20,000 bases of DNA from an uncultured virus (IMG/VR IMGVR_UViG_3300046519_000252) (lineage: Duplodnaviria > Heunggongvirae > Uroviricota > Caudoviricetes). The position numbers and the translations under genes were made by a program. Each line of letters opens with the position of its first letter. Position 1 is the first letter of the stretch. The DNA is taken from IMG/VR virus record IMGVR_UViG_3300046519_000252. One strand, written 5' to 3'. The notes under the pieces are model-generated. The model was not told the origin of the DNA. It saw only the letters and a program-made list of their open reading frames with translations, and ran no database searches. Shown here one piece after another: positions 16,972 through 20,000 of this stretch.

Positions 16972-17933
16972 TGGCCCGGTTCCTTTACGGCGGCGGAGGC
17001 GACGGAGACGTCATCAAGCCTGCCGGTACACCGTTCATCAATACAACAGCGCTCGTGTACAACTCCCGGTCCGGCGGGTCGCAGATCACAGACCTCCAGA
17101 ACATCTCCGGCACGTCCATCAGCCAGGTGACAACGGACTCCGTTGGGCAGGCGATTTTCTTCGGGCCGGACAACTACATCGGGGTTCTGTGGCTCGACTT
17201 CGGGGCAGGCAGTCCCGTCCGGTGGGCAGTTTCGCCCAAGGCGGTGGATCTGGCCGCGAACCGGGCCATCGCAGTGCAGCGGGCAGCAGATGCGGCTACG
17301 CCGTCTTTCACTGCGAAGGCGCACCTTCCCTATAACACAGCGGATCCTCTGGAGCAGGCGCTCACTACCGCGCTCGACCCTATGGTCATTCCGCGCTTTG
17401 CCACGTCTGCGGCCCGGGATGCGGCTTTCCCTGCCCCTACTGCGGGGGACCGGTGCTATCGCACTGACATCAAGAGCGAGCAGCTTTACAACGGGACAAC
17501 CTGGATTTCTTCAGGTCTCTCGCAGACCTGGACAATGTCTCTGGCGGCGTCCACTACAAGCCCGACGAACCTCACCCTGGCAGGCAGCTATACCCAGGTG
17601 AACAAGCAGGTCAACGGCATGTTTTCCATTCTGTTCGGCGCTACCAGTACGGCAGGCACCGGGACGTATCAGAACTTTGCTCTGCCTGTAACGGGGGCGC
17701 GGCCGGTGGACGGGATCGAAATAGCCATCGGGACGTTCACCGCTGTATTCGCTTCGAATACATATAACGGGTTGGTCATCGTCGGTACCGGCACTAGCAC
17801 TTTCACAAATGTCGCGCGTTTCAGGTTCTCCGACGTGGCCGGGGCGGGCTCCTCCAGCTGGTCGGCTACCAGCCCTGCTGCCCCGGCCAGCGGCAACTAT
17901 GTTTCAGGTACTTTCACTTACACAGCAGTATGA
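16971..17933 (+). CDS. Tail fibre/receptor-binding protein 2 (paralog of previous gene)
   Basis: Start ATG 16971 (TGATG overlap), MARFLYGGGGDGD matches paralog; C-terminal tip GSY.QV.K.V...F.I.FG.TST.GTG...F.LPV...SGTFTY typical of fibre head domains. Confidence 0.75.
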   Translation: MARFLYGGGGDGDVIKPAGTPFINTTALVYNSRSGGSQITDLQNISGTSISQVTTDSVGQAIFFGPDNYIGVLWLDFGAGSPVRWAVSPKAVDLAANRAIAVQRAADAATPSFTAKAHLPYNTADPLEQALTTALDPMVIPRFATSAARDAAFPAPTAGDRCYRTDIKSEQLYNGTTWISSGLSQTWTMSLAASTTSPTNLTLAGSYTQVNKQVNGMFSILFGATSTAGTGTYQNFALPVTGARPVDGIEIAIGTFTAVFASNTYNGLVIVGTGTSTFTNVARFRFSDVAGAGSSSWSATSPAAPASGNYVSGTFTYTAV

Positions 17934-17958
17934 CCTCAAGTAACCAAGGAGATTTATC

Positions 17959-18243
17959 ATGCCTATGGAGCCTACGCCTTCAAGGATGTCCGGGTACCCG
18001 TTCACCAGCGTTTCGGTGTTCCCTGATCAGGGCAGTTTCGGCGCTACCATCTACATATCCACTCTCGAACAAGAATCACCGTGGACTCACGAGGAGTTAC
18101 GTACTGCTCTAATCCTGGGCTTGCAGCAGCATCTGGGCGGTGTGGATTTGAACCGGATCTACGCCACGGAGTACACCGAAACCTCCGAAACTCTGGTCCT
18201 TCCGGACCCGGAAACTCCTATAAACGTACCGCCCGTCGGCTAA
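17959..18243 (+). CDS. Hypothetical acidic protein (94 aa), possibly fibre-associated
   Basis: RBS AAGGAG; fills gap after fibre genes; AT-richer codon usage. Confidence 0.6.
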   Translation: MPMEPTPSRMSGYPFTSVSVFPDQGSFGATIYISTLEQESPWTHEELRTALILGLQQHLGGVDLNRIYATEYTETSETLVLPDPETPINVPPVG

Positions 18244-18316
18244 CAACCGTTCTTCTGAAAAGGCCTTCTTTGGTACGATCCAAAGAGGCTGAATCTGGTT
18301 CCCGAGGGGTAAATCA

Positions 18317-18712
18317 ATGAGTGTTCCGTTAGATACCCTCATAACCACCGGTGCAGTGGTTTTCGGGAGCTTATCGACCTACGCAGGGACGCGGTACATG
18401 GGCCGGAAAACGCAGGCCACAGAGAACCGCAAGGTAGACCTCAACGAATTCGAGGTCTTCAAGAAGGCCTACTACGAGCAGATCGCCGAATTCAAGGAAC
18501 GCTATGCGATCCAAGAGCAGAAGATGAACAAGGTAGAACGGCTGCTCCGGCTGGCCCTCAAGCACATCCGCGACCTGCGTACAGACATGCGGCAGCACGA
18601 GGTCATTCCCTCGCACGGGACCCCGCCCGAGCTGGAAACCCTGCTGTGGACCCTGACGGACGATGACGACGATGCGGAGGTAGCCGCGTCGCACCCTGGG
18701 CCGGGGGAGTGA
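18317..18712 (+). CDS. Membrane-anchored coiled-coil protein of the lysis region
   Basis: N-terminal hydrophobic segment (LITTGAVVFGSLSTYAG), coiled coil, then ...HIRDLR......P...PPEL; typical actinophage lysis-adjacent gene; RBS GAGGGG. Confidence 0.65.
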   Translation: MSVPLDTLITTGAVVFGSLSTYAGTRYMGRKTQATENRKVDLNEFEVFKKAYYEQIAEFKERYAIQEQKMNKVERLLRLALKHIRDLRTDMRQHEVIPSHGTPPELETLLWTLTDDDDDAEVAASHPGPGE

Positions 18713-19275
18713 TGCGTGTCTCCCGGGCCGTCCTGCGTCAGAGCCTGATAGCCGCAGGTGCGAAGAGCGGGACATGGGGTGAGCCCGGTCCCGCTGAAAC
18801 CCTCGCAGCGATCGCCCTTGCGGCGTCAGCAGTCCACGGTGAAGCGGACTGCGGCAAGACGGAGGGGCCCCGGGTCGGCTGCTTTCAGATCGAAAGCCGT
18901 CCGGAACAGCTCGGACGGGGCACCCCCCGGGACCGGGAGTGGATCACTGCCAGCCTTTCCCACGAATGTCTGGCGGCTGTGGCTCTGACGCTCATGAACG
19001 GGCTGAAGATGTGGCCCGAGTACACGTCCGGGGCCTACCGGCGCTATCTCCCCGAGGCGCATCCGCCGTCTATCCAGCGGCCCGAGAACGCCGTCCCTTA
19101 CCAGGAGGCCACTGTGTTTCCCGGTGTCCCGCTACGGCTGCTGATGCGCGCCTGCGGGTGGATCGCCCCGTCCAACAAGGATGCCGACCGGATCGCCAAG
19201 ATCAACGGCTTTTCCTCCGCCGCAGACGTTCCCGCAGGGCACGTTGTGCGGATCCCCGTACAGCGGGGCTGGTAG
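18712..19275 (+). CDS. Endolysin-position protein: lysozyme/transglycosylase-like domain plus LysM-like domain, catalytic Glu apparently replaced
   Basis: AAIALAAS...GCFQI...W..YTSGAYRRYL aligns by eye with SLT-like A.A.AES...GL.QI...W..Y..G.Y; C-terminal IAKING.S....V.AG.VVRIP is LysM-like; directly upstream of holin; TGATG overlap (alt GTG 18709). Confidence 0.6.
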   Translation: MRVSRAVLRQSLIAAGAKSGTWGEPGPAETLAAIALAASAVHGEADCGKTEGPRVGCFQIESRPEQLGRGTPRDREWITASLSHECLAAVALTLMNGLKMWPEYTSGAYRRYLPEAHPPSIQRPENAVPYQEATVFPGVPLRLLMRACGWIAPSNKDADRIAKINGFSSAADVPAGHVVRIPVQRGW

Positions 19276-19311
19276 TCAGCTCCGTGGTGAAAACCGAGTG
19301 AGAGGACTCTC

Positions 19312-19530
19312 GTGAAGAAGTTCCTGGACATCCCCTTCCTGAAGGACGTTGCGGAGCGCACCGTCTCTACCTACGTACAGGCGTTTCTGGGCCTGGAACT
19401 GTCCGACATGGCCAACCTGACGAGCATCGGCGCGACCAAGGCGGTTGCCATCGCCGCGCTGCCTGCGGCGTTAGCCGTGATCAAGGCGGGTTTCAAGGGC
19501 GCCGCGAAGCAGGACTCGGCTGGCGTCTGA
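19312..19530 (+). CDS. Holin (r1t-type)
   Basis: 72 aa; FLKDVAERTVSTYVQAFLG...A.AALPAALAVIK matches r1t-like holin ERA.KT..Q motif with two hydrophobic segments; RBS GAGGA. Confidence 0.8.
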   Translation: MKKFLDIPFLKDVAERTVSTYVQAFLGLELSDMANLTSIGATKAVAIAALPAALAVIKAGFKGAAKQDSAGV

Positions 19531-19540
19531 CCTGCAAAGA

Positions 19541-19574
19541 GAGGGGCGGCAGTTCCTTGGAGCTGTCGCCCCTC
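19541..19574 (+). terminator. Hairpin ending the late operon
   Basis: GAGGGGCGGCAGTTC / GAGCTGTCGCCCCTC 15-bp stem (two G-U) 10 nt after holin stop; no U-tract, as is common in actinobacteria. Confidence 0.65.
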
Positions 19575-19624
19575 CGCTATATGATCAGCGTTGGATGCAG
19601 GCTTTACAGCGGAGGTACACAAGC

Positions 19625-19813
19625 ATGGCCGCTATGCAGCACACAGCGCAGGACCGGTGTGACCGGTGCCGGGCGCAGGGCTACACCACGTGGGACATTG
19701 CGGGCTCTTCGCTCACCTTCTGCGGGCACCACACCAACGCGTACGGGGACATTCTGACGCAGCGGGGTTACACGCTCCGGGTGGATGACACCATCGCACT
19801 TCACGCGAGGTAA
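19625..19813 (+). CDS. Small Cys/His protein (DRCDRC...FCGHH), probable zinc-binding actinobacterial family
   Basis: RBS GGAGGT at 19611-16 before ATG 19625; CxxC...CxHH motif; possible promoter TTGGAG(19557-62)-N17-TATGAT(19580-85). Confidence 0.7.
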   Translation: MAAMQHTAQDRCDRCRAQGYTTWDIAGSSLTFCGHHTNAYGDILTQRGYTLRVDDTIALHAR

Positions 19814-20000
19814 TAGGCCTCCCTACCACTCAACTGTTAAGGTAGATACCGATCACCCCATGGTCTTCCGCAGGAAACTCCAGCGGACGCACGAAAGGTC
19901 AGGTGATTGCCCCTCATGACGGACAGCATCAAGATCAAGCAGCCCGATATGACGGAAACGTCCTGACCTGAGGCGGTGATCACATCTCCCTGGTGGCCGG

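Noticed and set aside
15907..17933. Diversity-generating retroelement or invertible shufflon explanation for fibre repeats
   Set aside because: Repeats are direct, N-terminal and differ mostly at synonymous sites rather than adenines; no reverse transcriptase or recombinase in the window.
19870..19886. CAGGAAACTCC similarity to RNase P RNA GAGGAAAGUCC
   Set aside because: Mismatches in conserved positions and no other RNase P elements visible.
19903..19971. Tiny ORFs (22 aa from GTG 19903; 16 aa from ATG 19916)
   Set aside because: Too short and without supporting features to call as genes.

Overview
High-GC tailed-phage (siphovirus-type) virion morphogenesis and lysis region, probably from an actinobacterial (Streptomyces-like) phage or prophage. 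All credible genes are on the + strand. Order: frameshift-split HNH endonuclease; Mu gpI-like protease/scaffold with a very acidic middle; head decoration-like protein; major capsid protein; Mu gp36-like adaptor and neck/tail-completion genes; major tail protein; tail assembly chaperone with a canonical GGGAAAA -1 frameshift; 1570-aa tape measure protein with a lytic transglycosylase domain; distal tail protein with a carbohydrate-binding extension; hub and minor tail proteins; two tandem paralogous fibre genes; a lysis cassette; a small Cys/His protein. No terminase, portal, integrase, tRNA or CRISPR is seen. Most unusual points: (i) the endolysin-position gene is a transglycosylase-like+LysM-like protein with Ala at the expected catalytic Glu; (ii) a pseudoknot-capable non-coding segment before the major tail gene; (iii) an apparently circularly permuted neck protein; (iv) repeated VxLSN motifs and a probable nested scaffold start in the protease gene; (v) duplicated fibres with different tips. 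All family assignments are from motif recognition and synteny, not database searches.
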